60,631 nucleotides of DNA from Candidatus Cacconaster equifaecalis (GTDB taxonomy: Bacteria > Bacteroidota > Bacteroidia > Bacteroidales > UBA932): the NCBI GenBank assembly GCA_018064445.1, contig JAGHVE010000070.1, positions 1 to 60,631 on the forward strand, in the 5' to 3' direction. The notes below the pieces were generated by a model. It did no database searches, was not told the origin of the DNA, and was given only the letters and a program-made list of their open reading frames with translations. Made by a program: the position numbers and the translations under genes. This document shows, piece by piece, positions 37,936 to 48,568 of the stretch. Within the stretch, counting starts at the first letter, position 1; every line of letters starts with the position of its first letter.

Positions 37936-38420
37936 TTGCCCTGTCTGTTTTGTTCGATGAATTTTGATATGTCAACTCCCTTCGGAAGAAATCCCGATGC
38001 ATCTCCTCCGTTGACGATGACGTCTCTCACCACAGTGGAGGAGATGAAGGAATATTCGTGTCCCGCCGGGATGAACACGGTCAGCAGTTCCGGCTCCATC
38101 GTCCTGTTTGCCTGGGAAATTACGCTCTCAAGGTCAAAGTCCGTGGTTGTCCTCAGACCTCTGACGATGAAATCGGCATTCTTTTCCTTGCAAAGGTCAA
38201 CGGTCAGACCTGTGTAGGAACATATCTCGACTCTCTGGTTCTCTCCGATAGCCTGCCTGATAATATCCACTCTGGTCTTGGGAGGGAAAAAGCCCTTCTT
38301 GCCACTGTTGTAGCCCACTGCGACAATCACTTTGTCAAACAATCTGAGGGCCGAATTAAGAACATCCAGGTGGCCCAGAGTGAATGGATCGAAAGAGCCC
38401 GGAAATACTGCCGTACGCAT
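37932..38420 (-). CDS. coaD: Phosphopantetheine adenylyltransferase
   Basis: 162 aa with the nucleotidyltransferase motif FPGSFDPFTLGHLD and a typical CoaD length. Confidence 0.95.
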   Translation of the reverse strand: MRTAVFPGSFDPFTLGHLDVLNSALRLFDKVIVAVGYNSGKKGFFPPKTRVDIIRQAIGENQRVEICSYTGLTVDLCKEKNADFIVRGLRTTTDFDLESVISQANRTMEPELLTVFIPAGHEYSFISSTVVRDVIVNGGDASGFLPKGVDISKFIEQNRQGK

Positions 38421-38431
38421 ATCGGGGATAA

Positions 38432-39745
38432 TTAGATATACATATTTATGATTGTCTCATAGAGTTCCTGCTTGCCGCTGACTGCCTTGGGCTCGCCCTT
38501 GCTCTTCGCGTAGTCGACAACTTCCTCAAGAGTCATCTCGCCCTTCTCGAAACGTTTTCCGACACCGCTGTCGAAAGAGGCATAGCGCTGGGCACGCATC
38601 TTCTCGACGGGGGATTTCTCGATGATTTCGGCAGCTACCTCAAGGGCGCGTGCCATTGCATCCATTCCGGCGATGTGAGCGATGAAGATGTCTTCTGGAT
38701 CGGTTGAGTTGCGGCGCAGTTTTGCATCGAAGTTGCTGCCTCCGACGAGACCTCCGTTGCGGATGACGACCAACATTGCCTGGACCAGCTCGTAAATGTC
38801 GATGGGGAACTGGGCGGTATCCCAACCGTTCTGGTAATCACCTCTGTTTGCGTCTATTGAGCCGAGAAGTCCGGCATCGGCGGCGCACTGAAGCTCGTGC
38901 TCGAAGGTGTGGCCCGCAAGCGTGGCGTGGTTCACCTCGATGTTGACCTTGAAATCCTTGTCAAGACCGTGGGCCTTGAGGAATCCGATGACGGTCTCCG
39001 TATCGACGTCATATTGATGTTTGGTAGGCTCCATAGGCTTGGGCTCGATGAGGAAGGTACCCTTGAATCCCTTCTTGCGGGCATAATCGCGGGCCATTCC
39101 AAGCATTGTTGCCAGATGCTCCTTCTCACGTTTCATATCGGTGTTGAGCAGGGTGCAGTAGCCTTCGCGGCCTCCCCAGAACACATAGCACTCCCCGCCA
39201 AGTTCGATGGTGGCGTCGATGGCATTCTTTATCTGTACCATTGCGCGTGCCGCCGTGTCGAAATCAGGGTTTGTCGCGGCACCGTTCATATATCTCTTGT
39301 GACCGAAGACGTTGGCGGTGCCCCAGAGGTTCTTGATGTCCGTTCCGGCCATCTTTGACTTGACGTATGCCACGACTTCCTTCAGATTGGATTCATATTT
39401 TTCGATGGTGTCGGCCTCGTCGACAAGGTCCACGTCGTGGAAGCAGAAGTATTCGATGCCGAGTTTTGTCATAATCTCGAATCCTGCGTCAACTTTGTGT
39501 TTGGCGCGCTCGACAGGGTTGTCGCTGTCATTCCAGGGGAAAGTTTTGGTGCCGCCGCCGAACTGGTCGGAACCTTCCGCACAGAGAGTGTGCCACCAGG
39601 CCATCGCGAATTTCAGCCAGTCCTTCATTTTCTTGCCGGCCACCACCTTTTCGGGGTCATAGTAGTGGAATGCAAGGGGGTTTTTTGATTCTTTTCCTTC
39701 GAATTTGATTTTTCCTATTTCAGGAAAGTACTCTTTTGTTGCCAT
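38432..39745 (-). CDS. xylA: Xylose isomerase
   Basis: 437 aa with [28 protein letters not shown] and [10 protein letters not shown]. Confidence 0.97.
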   Translation of the reverse strand: MATKEYFPEIGKIKFEGKESKNPLAFHYYDPEKVVAGKKMKDWLKFAMAWWHTLCAEGSDQFGGGTKTFPWNDSDNPVERAKHKVDAGFEIMTKLGIEYFCFHDVDLVDEADTIEKYESNLKEVVAYVKSKMAGTDIKNLWGTANVFGHKRYMNGAATNPDFDTAARAMVQIKNAIDATIELGGECYVFWGGREGYCTLLNTDMKREKEHLATMLGMARDYARKKGFKGTFLIEPKPMEPTKHQYDVDTETVIGFLKAHGLDKDFKVNIEVNHATLAGHTFEHELQCAADAGLLGSIDANRGDYQNGWDTAQFPIDIYELVQAMLVVIRNGGLVGGSNFDAKLRRNSTDPEDIFIAHIAGMDAMARALEVAAEIIEKSPVEKMRAQRYASFDSGVGKRFEKGEMTLEEVVDYAKSKGEPKAVSGKQELYETIINMYI

Positions 39746-39753
39746 AACTTATG

Positions 39754-41232
39754 TTAATTTAATGATTTGTCAAGTATTCTCTTCCAGTTCCCGTAGGTAT
39801 CTTCAAGCGTCTGCTTCCAGGAGGAATCGGGGTCCACATCACCGACTTTTGTCAGTGTTGAGAATGCTTCCTGCTCCGATTTGTAAAGACCGGCTCCAAG
39901 CGCGCCGCCACGGGCTGCTCCAAGGGCTCCGTCGGTGTCGAACAATTCGATTCTTGCGTCCGTCAGTGTCGCAAGGGTGGTTCTGAAGAGCGGACTTAGG
40001 AAGAGGTTGGCTTTTCCCGCCCTGATGACGGATGGGACAAGCCCGAGTTCTTTCATGGTGTCGATGCCATATCTGAAGGAAAATGCGATTCCTTCCTGCA
40101 CTGCACGGAAGATATGGGAGCGGTTGTGCCTGACAAGGTCCAGGCCGTTGAATGATGCTCCGGCGGTGGCATTGCAAAGCACCCTTTCGGCTCCGTTGCC
40201 GAACGGAATTACGGTCAACCCGTCGCATCCGGCCGGAGCGGTCCGGGCAATCTCATTCATCTCAGCATAGCCGTTTTCGGGAGATATGTTGTGGTGGACC
40301 CAGGAGTTCATTATCCCTGTGCCGTTTATGCAGAGCAGGACACCGAGTCTGGGGGATGAAGCCGTGTTGTTGACGTGCAGGAAGGTGTTCACCCTGCTCG
40401 CACTGTCAGCCTTCGGTACGTCGGTTACTCCATAGACCACTCCGCTGGTGCCACCTGTTGCCGCGATTTCTCCTGGGTTGAGTACGTTCAGGGAGAATGC
40501 GTTGTTGGGCTGGTCACCCGCTCTGTATGATACCGGTGTGCCTGCGGGTATTCCCGTCAGGTTTTGGAAGTCTTCCGTGGTTTTTGCGGCCACTCCGATG
40601 GAAGGGGCGATGTCCGGAATCAGTCCTGTGCCAATCCCGAAATGGTCGGCGACGAAGTCTGCGCGGCATGAATTCCTGAAATCCCAGAGAATCTGTTCCG
40701 ACAGGCCGGTTTCGGTTGTGGAGACCTCGCCGGTGAGTTTGTACACGATGTAGTCTCCGGGCAACATGAATTTCCAGACACGACTGTAGATTTCCGGCTG
40801 GTTCTCTTTTACCCAGGCCAGTTTCGAGGCTGTGAAGTTGCCCGGCGAGTTGAGAAGGTGGCTCAGACATCTTTCGGGGCCGAGTTCCTCAAAGGCCCGG
40901 GCGCCTGTGGACACTGCTCTGGAGTCGCACCAGATGATGGCGTCCCGAAGCGGGCAAACCTGCCGGTCCACTGCCACAAGGCCGTGCATCTGGTAGGTGA
41001 CACCGATTGATTTCACTTTTGCAAGATTGCACTTGGAGGCAATGTCGCGAATGCCTTCACAAACATATTTCCACCACATTTCCGGGTCCTGTTCCGCAAA
41101 TCCTTTCTGTGGGGCGCTGATGGGCATTTCCCTGGAGGGATTTGTGGAGGAGGCGGCAAGCTTTCCGGATTCAATGTCCAGCAGAGCCACCTTTATGGAC
41201 GAAGAGCCTATGTCAATACCTAGAGAATACAT
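39754..41232 (-). CDS. xylB: FGGY-family carbohydrate kinase, probable xylulokinase
   Basis: 492 aa with the FGGY N-terminus (YSLGIDIGSSSIKVALLD). It ends 8 nt upstream of xylA. The substrate is inferred from this adjacency. Confidence 0.82.
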   Translation of the reverse strand: MYSLGIDIGSSSIKVALLDIESGKLAASSTNPSREMPISAPQKGFAEQDPEMWWKYVCEGIRDIASKCNLAKVKSIGVTYQMHGLVAVDRQVCPLRDAIIWCDSRAVSTGARAFEELGPERCLSHLLNSPGNFTASKLAWVKENQPEIYSRVWKFMLPGDYIVYKLTGEVSTTETGLSEQILWDFRNSCRADFVADHFGIGTGLIPDIAPSIGVAAKTTEDFQNLTGIPAGTPVSYRAGDQPNNAFSLNVLNPGEIAATGGTSGVVYGVTDVPKADSASRVNTFLHVNNTASSPRLGVLLCINGTGIMNSWVHHNISPENGYAEMNEIARTAPAGCDGLTVIPFGNGAERVLCNATAGASFNGLDLVRHNRSHIFRAVQEGIAFSFRYGIDTMKELGLVPSVIRAGKANLFLSPLFRTTLATLTDARIELFDTDGALGAARGGALGAGLYKSEQEAFSTLTKVGDVDPDSSWKQTLEDTYGNWKRILDKSLN

Positions 41233-41237
41233 ATTTA

Positions 41238-41245
41238 CAAATATA
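41238..41245 (-). promoter_or_regulatory. Candidate -7 box (TATATTTG on the minus strand) immediately upstream of xylB
   Basis: Plus-strand caaatata, 5 nt from the xylB ATG at 41232. It lies inside the 18-nt gap after the radical SAM gene. Confidence 0.4.
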
Positions 41246-41250
41246 ATAAA

Positions 41251-42006
41251 TTACCCTTTAATTTGGATATTGAATCCTTCTGCAAGCAGGGGAGCGACCA
41301 TATTTTTCATCTCCGCTTCCGTGAATTTGATCAGGCTCTCGTCGGGGGTGGGCCGGTCGATGGTGTAGACCATTATCTGCCGTGGACGCAGGAACCTGAC
41401 GATATCGCTCCAGCCGCCAAGTACCTCCGGCGCCGACGAATCGAACACGGGACTGCGGAGGAACATCGTCTGAAGGATGAAATTTCCATTGAATTTCTTC
41501 AGAGCCTCCACTACCTTCTGCACCTCGTAACCGGGGACCGGGTGGTTTATCAATGCCGCAAGTTCATCGGTCGGCGCGTCGATTTTCATTATGGGGTTGT
41601 CCACCTTGCACAGGGCGGCGAAAATCTCCGGAATATGAACGCGGGTGGCGTTTGAAAGGACGGAGACAGTCGCCTCAGGATAATAAGTGTCCCGCAGCGA
41701 GAGCACATCATCTATTATCTCCGGGAATCCCGGGTTAAGGGTGGGCTCCCCGTCACCGCTGAAAGTGATGGAGTCGACGGGCGAATCCTCCCTGCGGAGA
41801 GCCTTGAGTTTTTCCTCAAGCGCCGTATGGACCTTTTCGGGAGAGGGAAGGAGAGTGTCATCCCTTCCGTCCCGGTTCCATCCGCATTCACAATAGACGC
41901 AGTCGAAGTTGCAGACTTTGCCGTTGACAGGCAAAAGGTTTATCCCCAGGGAATTTCCCAATCTCCTGGATCTAATAGGCCCGAATACAGTCTCTTCCCT
42001 CAACAT
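41251..42006 (-). CDS. Radical SAM protein of unknown function
   Basis: 251 aa with a CxxxCxxC cluster in NGKVCNFDCVYCECGWN near the N-terminus. No auxiliary domain was recognised. Confidence 0.8.
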   Translation of the reverse strand: MLREETVFGPIRSRRLGNSLGINLLPVNGKVCNFDCVYCECGWNRDGRDDTLLPSPEKVHTALEEKLKALRREDSPVDSITFSGDGEPTLNPGFPEIIDDVLSLRDTYYPEATVSVLSNATRVHIPEIFAALCKVDNPIMKIDAPTDELAALINHPVPGYEVQKVVEALKKFNGNFILQTMFLRSPVFDSSAPEVLGGWSDIVRFLRPRQIMVYTIDRPTPDESLIKFTEAEMKNMVAPLLAEGFNIQIKG

Positions 42007-42010
42007 CCCG

Positions 42011-44824
42011 TCACTGTGCTACGGTTATCAGATTTCTGTCACCCCATCCGTTGTCGACGCGGCTGCAGGCGGGCCAGAATTTGTTCTCCTTCAACCACTC
42101 AAGAGGGTATGCGGCCTGCGTCCTGCTGTAAGGATGGCTCCAGTTGTCGGAGCATACCTCCTCCGCTGTGTGCGGTGACATCTTCAGGGGGTTGTCGATG
42201 GCGTCCAGCTCACCGGACTTGATTTTCTCGCATTCGCCGACTATCGTTTTGACCGCCTCCACGAAACGGTCGAGTTCGGCTTTCGGCTCGCTCTCGGTAG
42301 GCTCGATCATAAGTGTCTCGTGGACGGGGAATGAAAGGGTGGGGGCGTGGAATCCGAAGTCCATCAGCCTCTTTGCAACATCTGTGGCATCCACTCCGTA
42401 CTGTGCACGGAAGTGTTGCAGGTCAATGATGCATTCGTGGGCGACACGTCCCGTAGCTCCCGTGTAGAGAGTGCTCAGTTCCGGCATCAGCCGTGCTGAA
42501 ATGTAGTTCGCATTCAGAATGGCTATCTCGGAAGCTTTCTTCAAGCCATCCGGTCCGAGCAGCCGGATATAGGCGTGTGTGATGGGGAGGAGAAGCGGGC
42601 TTCCGAAAGGTGCCGCGCTTACAGCCGTGATGCCTTTCCCTCCGCAGACAGGAACTTTCGGATGTCCGGGGAGATAGGGGACCAGAGCTGCGGTAGCGCA
42701 GATTGGGCCTACACCGGGACCTCCGCCGCCGTGAGGCATCGCGAATGTCTTGTGCAGGTTGAGGTGGCAGACGTCGGCTCCAATGGTGCCGGGGTTCGTC
42801 AGACCGACCTGGGCATTCATATTGGCGCCGTCCATATACAGGAGGCCTCCGTTGCGGTGGATGATGTCGACGATTTCGCGTATCCTCACCTCGAACACTC
42901 CGTGAGTCGAGGGGTAGGTTATCATCATTCCCGCAAGTCTGCTGCCCGCCGCTTCAGCCTTTCGGGCCAGTTCATCCACGTTGATGTTGCCGTGTTCATC
43001 GCAGCTCACGAGTTCAATCTCGAAACCCGCCATTGCCGCGGAAGCAGGGTTGGTGCCGTGGGCTGAAGTGGGGATAATCATTATGTTACGCTCCCTGCCT
43101 CCGTTGGCGAGCAGATAGTTGCGGATTGTGGTAAGTCCGGCATATTCGCCTGCCGCACCGCTGTTGGGTTGGAGAGAGCATCCTGCAAAGCCTGTTATCA
43201 CGGAGAGATATTCCTCCACTTCGCGGATTATCTGCATAGTTCCCTCGCACTGGTCGGTAGGGGCGTAGGGATGCAGGTTGCCGAACTCTCCCCAGGAGAG
43301 GGGCAGCATCTCCACGGCCGCATTGAGTTTCATCGTGCAGCTTCCGAGAGGAATCATAGAATGGGCGAGGGATATGTCGCGACGTTCCAGAGCTTTGATG
43401 TATCTCATCATCTCCGTCTCGGAGTGATGGCTGTTGAATATGGATTCGACGAGGATAGGGGTTGTCCTGGCCATATTGCCGCTGACGGCAGTTCCGCGGT
43501 TCTCCTTTGCGGTGCAGCCGAATATTCCGCAGACGGCTTTCACTTCCTCATAAGTGGAGAGTTCGTCGAAACTTATTCTGACGGTTCCCTCGCAGGGATA
43601 GCAGAAATTGAAGCCTGCCTTCAGCGCCTTCTCCCTGATTGAGGCGGCATCGATGCCGGTGATGGTAATGGTATCGAAAAAGTCCTCGCCGGCAAGCTTG
43701 TATCCGGCTTCCTTGAGACTTCCGGCCGCAATATGGGCGCAGTCGAAGGCGTTCTGCGCGATTGATCGGATTCCGTCAGGTCCGTGCCATATAGCGAACA
43801 TTCCCGTCATTGTTGCCATCAATGCCGTGGCGGTGCAGATATTGGACGTGGCTTTTTCTCTCTTGATGTGCTGCTCACGTGTCTGGAGAGCCAGCCTGTA
43901 TGCTCTCTTTCCCAGTCTGTCCACGGAGACTCCGATAATTCGTCCGGGGATTGTCCGCCTGTATTGGTCACTGCAGGCCAGAAAACCGGCTGTGGGGCCG
44001 CCGAATCCCATAGGCAGCCCGAATCTCTGGGCGGTTCCGAATGCAATGTCAGCACCCCATGCTGAAGGCTCCTTGAGCAGTGCCAGCGAAAGAAGGTCAC
44101 AATATGCGGCAACCATCGCCCCTTTTTCGTGCGCGAGGCTACAGAATCCGCTGTAGTCACGGACGGTTCCGTCTGCGGCCGGATATTGGACGATTGCGCC
44201 GAAACACCCTCCGTCGAAATCGTATGATGAGAAATCTCCGGTAACGATTTCGATTCCGAGACCTCTTGAACGCGTCTTGAGGACGGAAAGGACTGCGGAG
44301 AAAATGTTTTCATCGACAAACAGGCGGTTGCGGTTCTCCTTCACGGCATCCTTTGACCTTAGATTGAACATCATCCTCATCGCTTCCGCAGCCGCGGTGG
44401 CGTCATCCAGCATCGAGCAGTTTGAAAGGGTGAAACCGGTCAGTGAACTTATCATTGTCTGGAAATTCAGGAGTGCTTCCAGTCTGCCTTGAGAGATTTC
44501 AGCCTGATAGGGAGTGTATGACGTATACCAGGCGGGGTTCTCGAAAATATTCCGTGTGATGACGGCAGGGGAGCAGGTACCATAGAAACCGGTCCCGATC
44601 AGTGACCTGAAGTTTTTGTTGCGGGAAGCCGTTTTTTTCAATTCCGCAAGATATTCGCTTTCACTGACGGCTGCCGGGAGACGGAGTGGCTCCGTCAACT
44701 GTATATCTTTGGGAACGGTTTGATTTACAAGTTCATCCAGTGTTTTGCATCCCAGAATTCCAAGCATTGCTTTTTCGTCTTTCTCTCTGGGACCGTTGTG
44801 TCTGTCTACAAAGTTCAGTGGCAT
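42011..44824 (-). CDS. gcvP: Glycine dehydrogenase (decarboxylating), single-chain P protein
   Basis: 937 aa with SYTPYQAEISQGRLEALLNFQT and the PLP-lysine region NLHKTFAMPHGGGGPG. Confidence 0.97.
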   Translation of the reverse strand: MPLNFVDRHNGPREKDEKAMLGILGCKTLDELVNQTVPKDIQLTEPLRLPAAVSESEYLAELKKTASRNKNFRSLIGTGFYGTCSPAVITRNIFENPAWYTSYTPYQAEISQGRLEALLNFQTMISSLTGFTLSNCSMLDDATAAAEAMRMMFNLRSKDAVKENRNRLFVDENIFSAVLSVLKTRSRGLGIEIVTGDFSSYDFDGGCFGAIVQYPAADGTVRDYSGFCSLAHEKGAMVAAYCDLLSLALLKEPSAWGADIAFGTAQRFGLPMGFGGPTAGFLACSDQYRRTIPGRIIGVSVDRLGKRAYRLALQTREQHIKREKATSNICTATALMATMTGMFAIWHGPDGIRSIAQNAFDCAHIAAGSLKEAGYKLAGEDFFDTITITGIDAASIREKALKAGFNFCYPCEGTVRISFDELSTYEEVKAVCGIFGCTAKENRGTAVSGNMARTTPILVESIFNSHHSETEMMRYIKALERRDISLAHSMIPLGSCTMKLNAAVEMLPLSWGEFGNLHPYAPTDQCEGTMQIIREVEEYLSVITGFAGCSLQPNSGAAGEYAGLTTIRNYLLANGGRERNIMIIPTSAHGTNPASAAMAGFEIELVSCDEHGNINVDELARKAEAAGSRLAGMMITYPSTHGVFEVRIREIVDIIHRNGGLLYMDGANMNAQVGLTNPGTIGADVCHLNLHKTFAMPHGGGGPGVGPICATAALVPYLPGHPKVPVCGGKGITAVSAAPFGSPLLLPITHAYIRLLGPDGLKKASEIAILNANYISARLMPELSTLYTGATGRVAHECIIDLQHFRAQYGVDATDVAKRLMDFGFHAPTLSFPVHETLMIEPTESEPKAELDRFVEAVKTIVGECEKIKSGELDAIDNPLKMSPHTAEEVCSDNWSHPYSRTQAAYPLEWLKENKFWPACSRVDNGWGDRNLITVAQ

Positions 44825-44836
44825 TTTCGTATGTTT

Positions 44837-46213
44837 TTATCGATTTGTTTTGTGGTCGTAGTCAAGTTTTATATATATGAACAGCAGCAGGGTGAAGGCC
44901 CAGAGCGAAGATCCTCCATAACTGAGGAAGGGCAGTGGAATGCCTATCACCGGCATCAGTCCGATTGTCATATTGACGTTAATCATTACGTGCATCAGAA
45001 GGCAGGATGCCGTGCAGTAGCCGTATATTCTGGTGAATCTGTCATTATGCTTTTCCGCCGAATTCATCAGATGCAGAATCAAGGCAAGATAACAGGCGAG
45101 TACGGCTACGGAACCGACGAACCCCCATTCCTCTCCGACAGTGCAGAAGATGAAATCCGTCGACTGCTCGGGGACGAAATCATAATGCGTCTGGGTCCCG
45201 TTCATATAACCCTTGCCCACCAGACCTCCGGAACCGATTGCAATCAGGGACTGGTGAACATTATATCCGACACCCCGCGGGTCGTCGCGGATGCCGAGCA
45301 GGACTTCTATCCTGGCTCTCTGATGGTCCTGGAGCACCTTGCTGTAGATAAACTGTACGGACATTATGAGACACACCCCGCAGACATATCCCCATAACAG
45401 GTTACGTCCCATTTTCTTCTTTTTGAACGCAAGAATGAGAGATGCGGCAAGTGCAGCCGGAATGGTCAGGGTGATGGCGGTGTCGGGAATGAAGGCAAGT
45501 GCCGTGACTGTGGCGGTGCCGATGGCAGCCCATAACCATCTTTTCCTGTAATAGAGGATGGTAATAATGAATATTATTCCCGCCAGAACAGTCACCGCAA
45601 CGGTGGGGGATGCAACCAGCGTCACTATGAACAGCAGAATCGACAGCAGGCCTAATATCAGAATCCAACCGTTCATACCTTCTCTGAAAAAGACAAGCAG
45701 GAAACCCAGATATACCAGAGCGGAGCCTGTCTCTTTCTCCATAAGGATGAACAGAATCGGAAGAAGAATGACGGCAACTGCACTGGCGATACATTTCGGC
45801 TTGGTGAAACTGAAGTCATAATGTCCCAGCAGACTGGCTATCAGCAGTGACGTGGATAATTTTGAGAACTCGGCAGGTTGAAGTCTGAATGGACCCAGAG
45901 CGAACCACGACTTGGAACCGTTTATCTCCACTCCTACGAATGCGACCGCTATCAACAGCAGGGCGAAAAGAATGTACAGCGGAAGCGCAATGGAAGTATA
46001 TATATTCGACGGAATGGAGAACAGGATAATGGCGGCCAGGAAGAAGGCTGTCGCTATCCAGATCAGGTGCATCATGTATTTTGTGGAGAGGCTGAAGAAA
46101 GAAACGTCATCCTGATGGGAAGACGAATATATGTTCATCCACCCGAAGATGACAAGTACGAGATACAGGGAGATCAATATCCAGTCCAGTTTCTTATATG
46201 AGAATCCGCTCAT
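44837..46213 (-). CDS. rodA: Rod shape-determining SEDS protein RodA
   Basis: 458-aa polytopic protein with the FtsW/RodA/SpoVE C-terminal motif GLMPVIGIPLPFLSYGGSS. Its ATG overlaps the mrdA stop (ATGA). Confidence 0.9.
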   Translation of the reverse strand: MSGFSYKKLDWILISLYLVLVIFGWMNIYSSSHQDDVSFFSLSTKYMMHLIWIATAFFLAAIILFSIPSNIYTSIALPLYILFALLLIAVAFVGVEINGSKSWFALGPFRLQPAEFSKLSTSLLIASLLGHYDFSFTKPKCIASAVAVILLPILFILMEKETGSALVYLGFLLVFFREGMNGWILILGLLSILLFIVTLVASPTVAVTVLAGIIFIITILYYRKRWLWAAIGTATVTALAFIPDTAITLTIPAALAASLILAFKKKKMGRNLLWGYVCGVCLIMSVQFIYSKVLQDHQRARIEVLLGIRDDPRGVGYNVHQSLIAIGSGGLVGKGYMNGTQTHYDFVPEQSTDFIFCTVGEEWGFVGSVAVLACYLALILHLMNSAEKHNDRFTRIYGYCTASCLLMHVMINVNMTIGLMPVIGIPLPFLSYGGSSLWAFTLLLFIYIKLDYDHKTNR

Positions 46214-48042
46214 TTCCTTGTCCTGACCTTGTTCATGAGATTGGCTCCAAACATCCTCTCCTCAAGATATTTGCGATCCGGGGAGATTTCCCTCCGCAGA
46301 TATTTTTCCACCACAAGGGAGGCAATGGGGGCGGCGTATGACGCTCCGAACCCTCCGTTTTCCACATATGCCACCACCGCTATCCTGGGATTCTCTCTCG
46401 GGGCGAAACAGATGAATACGGAATGGTCATCTCCGTGGGGATTCTGCGCAGTCCCGGTCTTGCCGCAAACTTCAATCCCCGGGATTTGGGCTATCCGGCC
46501 CGTACCGCCGGTGACGGCCATTGCCATTCCTTTGATGATTTCCTGAAAATATGAGGTGTCAACCATTGTGTAATGACGCTCCCTGAATCGGGCATCTATC
46601 GGAGCATCTTCGGTATCTTTCTGCAGATGAGGGATGTAGTAATAGCCGTGGTTGGCGATTGTCGCTGCGAAATTGGCAATATGGAGAGGGGTGCAACCTA
46701 TTTCACCCTGACCGATTGAGAGGGAGATGATGGACAGGGATTTCCATCGGCCCTTGCCGTGGAGTTTGTCATAACGTGCGACAGTAGGCATAGTGCCCGG
46801 CTGCTCGGAAGGAATGTCAGAGCCGAGCTTGAGACCGAATCCGAAACTTTCCGTGTACTGCTTCCATTTCTCAAAGCCCTCCTGAACGCTCCTGTATTTC
46901 GGATTGTCTATGATTGAACGGAAAACATAGCAGTAATATGCATTGCACGAAGTCATTATCGATTCATACATATTCAATGGACTCGAGTGGGAGTGACACC
47001 CCACGTGAAGGTTTCCTATCGAATATCCCTGATGACAGGGATATAAGGTCTGGGGGGTGAGAACCCCTTCCTGAAGGCCGATAAGTCCGTTGACAAGTTT
47101 GAAAACCGAACCGGGAGGCTGCGGGGACATTACGGCCCTGTTGAACATCGGCTTATAGGGGTCGGATACAATCTCCTTGTAATGATTGCTGATGTCGGCC
47201 AGCATATCCACGCTTATGCCGGGGCTGGAAACCATCGCCAGAATGTCACCGGTGGAGGGTTCGATGGCCACTATGGAACCCACCTTGCCTGCCATCAGCC
47301 GCTCTCCGTATGCCTGGACATCGGCATCGATGGTCGTTGTCAGGTTTGTTCCCTGAACGGCCACCTTGTCGTACTCTCCGTCGTGAAATCTCTCCTTGAT
47401 ACGGTTATGTGCGTCACGAAGGTATATGTTGTATCCCTTCTCTCCCTTGAGAAGAGGCTCGTACGCTTTTTCGATGCCTGTTTTGCCCACGTAATCTCCG
47501 CTTTTATATTCCGGGTTATTCTTGAGGAAATCGGCATCCACTTCGGAAATGTACCCCAGAAGATTTCCTCCGGCATTTATGGGATATATGCGCTTCGATC
47601 TCGGAATTACCGAGAAACCCGGGAAGAGGTATTCCTGCTCGCTGAATATGTTGTACTGTTCGTTGGATACCTGCTTCTTGAAGGAGAGGGACTGGAAGCC
47701 GATTTTTTTGCGCAATCTGCGATATTCGGCGAACCTCTCCTTGACGGAGGTTGTGTCCATTCCGAAAATCCGGCAGAGTGCAATGGTGTCAAAAGGTCCC
47801 ACGTTGGCGGGAGTCACCATAATGTCATAGGTGGTGGAGTTGCTCACGATAAGTTTTCCGTTGCGGTCGAGGATGACGCCTCTTGCAGGATACCTCGTCT
47901 CATACTTGAGGGCGTTGTTCTCAGCGGTGATACGATACTCCTTGTTGATAATCTGTACCGAAAACAATTTGGCGGTTATCACGAGGAAGACCAGAACTAT
48001 CGCAATCGTCAGAACGGTATGTCTTTCTTTGAACGTGGCCAT
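46210..48042 (-). CDS. mrdA: Penicillin-binding protein 2 (elongasome transpeptidase)
   Basis: 610 aa with an N-terminal TM anchor, SxxK (GSVFK), SxN (SCN) and KTG (GKTGTAQ). Confidence 0.92.
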   Translation of the reverse strand: MATFKERHTVLTIAIVLVFLVITAKLFSVQIINKEYRITAENNALKYETRYPARGVILDRNGKLIVSNSTTYDIMVTPANVGPFDTIALCRIFGMDTTSVKERFAEYRRLRKKIGFQSLSFKKQVSNEQYNIFSEQEYLFPGFSVIPRSKRIYPINAGGNLLGYISEVDADFLKNNPEYKSGDYVGKTGIEKAYEPLLKGEKGYNIYLRDAHNRIKERFHDGEYDKVAVQGTNLTTTIDADVQAYGERLMAGKVGSIVAIEPSTGDILAMVSSPGISVDMLADISNHYKEIVSDPYKPMFNRAVMSPQPPGSVFKLVNGLIGLQEGVLTPQTLYPCHQGYSIGNLHVGCHSHSSPLNMYESIMTSCNAYYCYVFRSIIDNPKYRSVQEGFEKWKQYTESFGFGLKLGSDIPSEQPGTMPTVARYDKLHGKGRWKSLSIISLSIGQGEIGCTPLHIANFAATIANHGYYYIPHLQKDTEDAPIDARFRERHYTMVDTSYFQEIIKGMAMAVTGGTGRIAQIPGIEVCGKTGTAQNPHGDDHSVFICFAPRENPRIAVVAYVENGGFGASYAAPIASLVVEKYLRREISPDRKYLEERMFGANLMNKVRTRK

Positions 48043-48058
48043 AATACAAGATGATCAA

Positions 48059-48568
48059 TCACTGTTGGGAACTGACCGTCAGACTGAAACAACAGGATAG
48101 GATGACACTTGCCGCAGAACTGATCAGGAACTGGGGGATGAAAAACAGGACGCTTCTGACACCCATACTTTCCAATGAACAGTAAATGAACATATACGAC
48201 AGGCAGGCAATCGAGATGTAGGCCAGGTATTTTGCGAACCCGCATTGCCGTATTTCGGGATTGGGAGTGATATCCTGCCTGTCCCGGCTGATGGTGAGTC
48301 TGTATATGGGGGCTCTGAGAACGGACAGGGCGGTTGCGGCCGCAGCGTTCACACCAATGACTCCGCGGGAGAAAATGTCAACAGTCAGTCCGATTGCAAA
48401 GCAAAGCAATATCGTGAGATTGATTGGTGTGCTTCGGGGCATCAGAGAGATGGCAAAGGGCACCAGACTGATGAAAATGTAAGGCCCCGGATTGATGAAG
48501 TTGTTGACCATCAACTGAAATATGATAACCAGAGTTATCATCACAACTGTATGGAACTTGCTATTCAT
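48059..48568 (-). CDS. mreD: Rod shape-determining protein MreD
   Basis: 169-aa hydrophobic multi-TM protein located between mreC and mrdA. The call rests on position and size. Confidence 0.75.
   Translation of the reverse strand: MNSKFHTVVMITLVIIFQLMVNNFINPGPYIFISLVPFAISLMPRSTPINLTILLCFAIGLTVDIFSRGVIGVNAAAATALSVLRAPIYRLTISRDRQDITPNPEIRQCGFAKYLAYISIACLSYMFIYCSLESMGVRSVLFFIPQFLISSAASVILSCCFSLTVSSQQ

Noticed and set aside
44825-44836. Looked for a glycine riboswitch upstream of gcvP
   Set aside because: Only 12 nt separate gcvP from rodA, so there is no room for the ~100-200 nt riboswitch.
47182-48054. 290-aa plus-strand ORF (similar cases at 52435..53271 and 54548..55441)
   Set aside because: These are antisense to mrdA, topA and the class A PBP gene respectively. 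All three host genes have diagnostic active-site motifs in the opposite frame.
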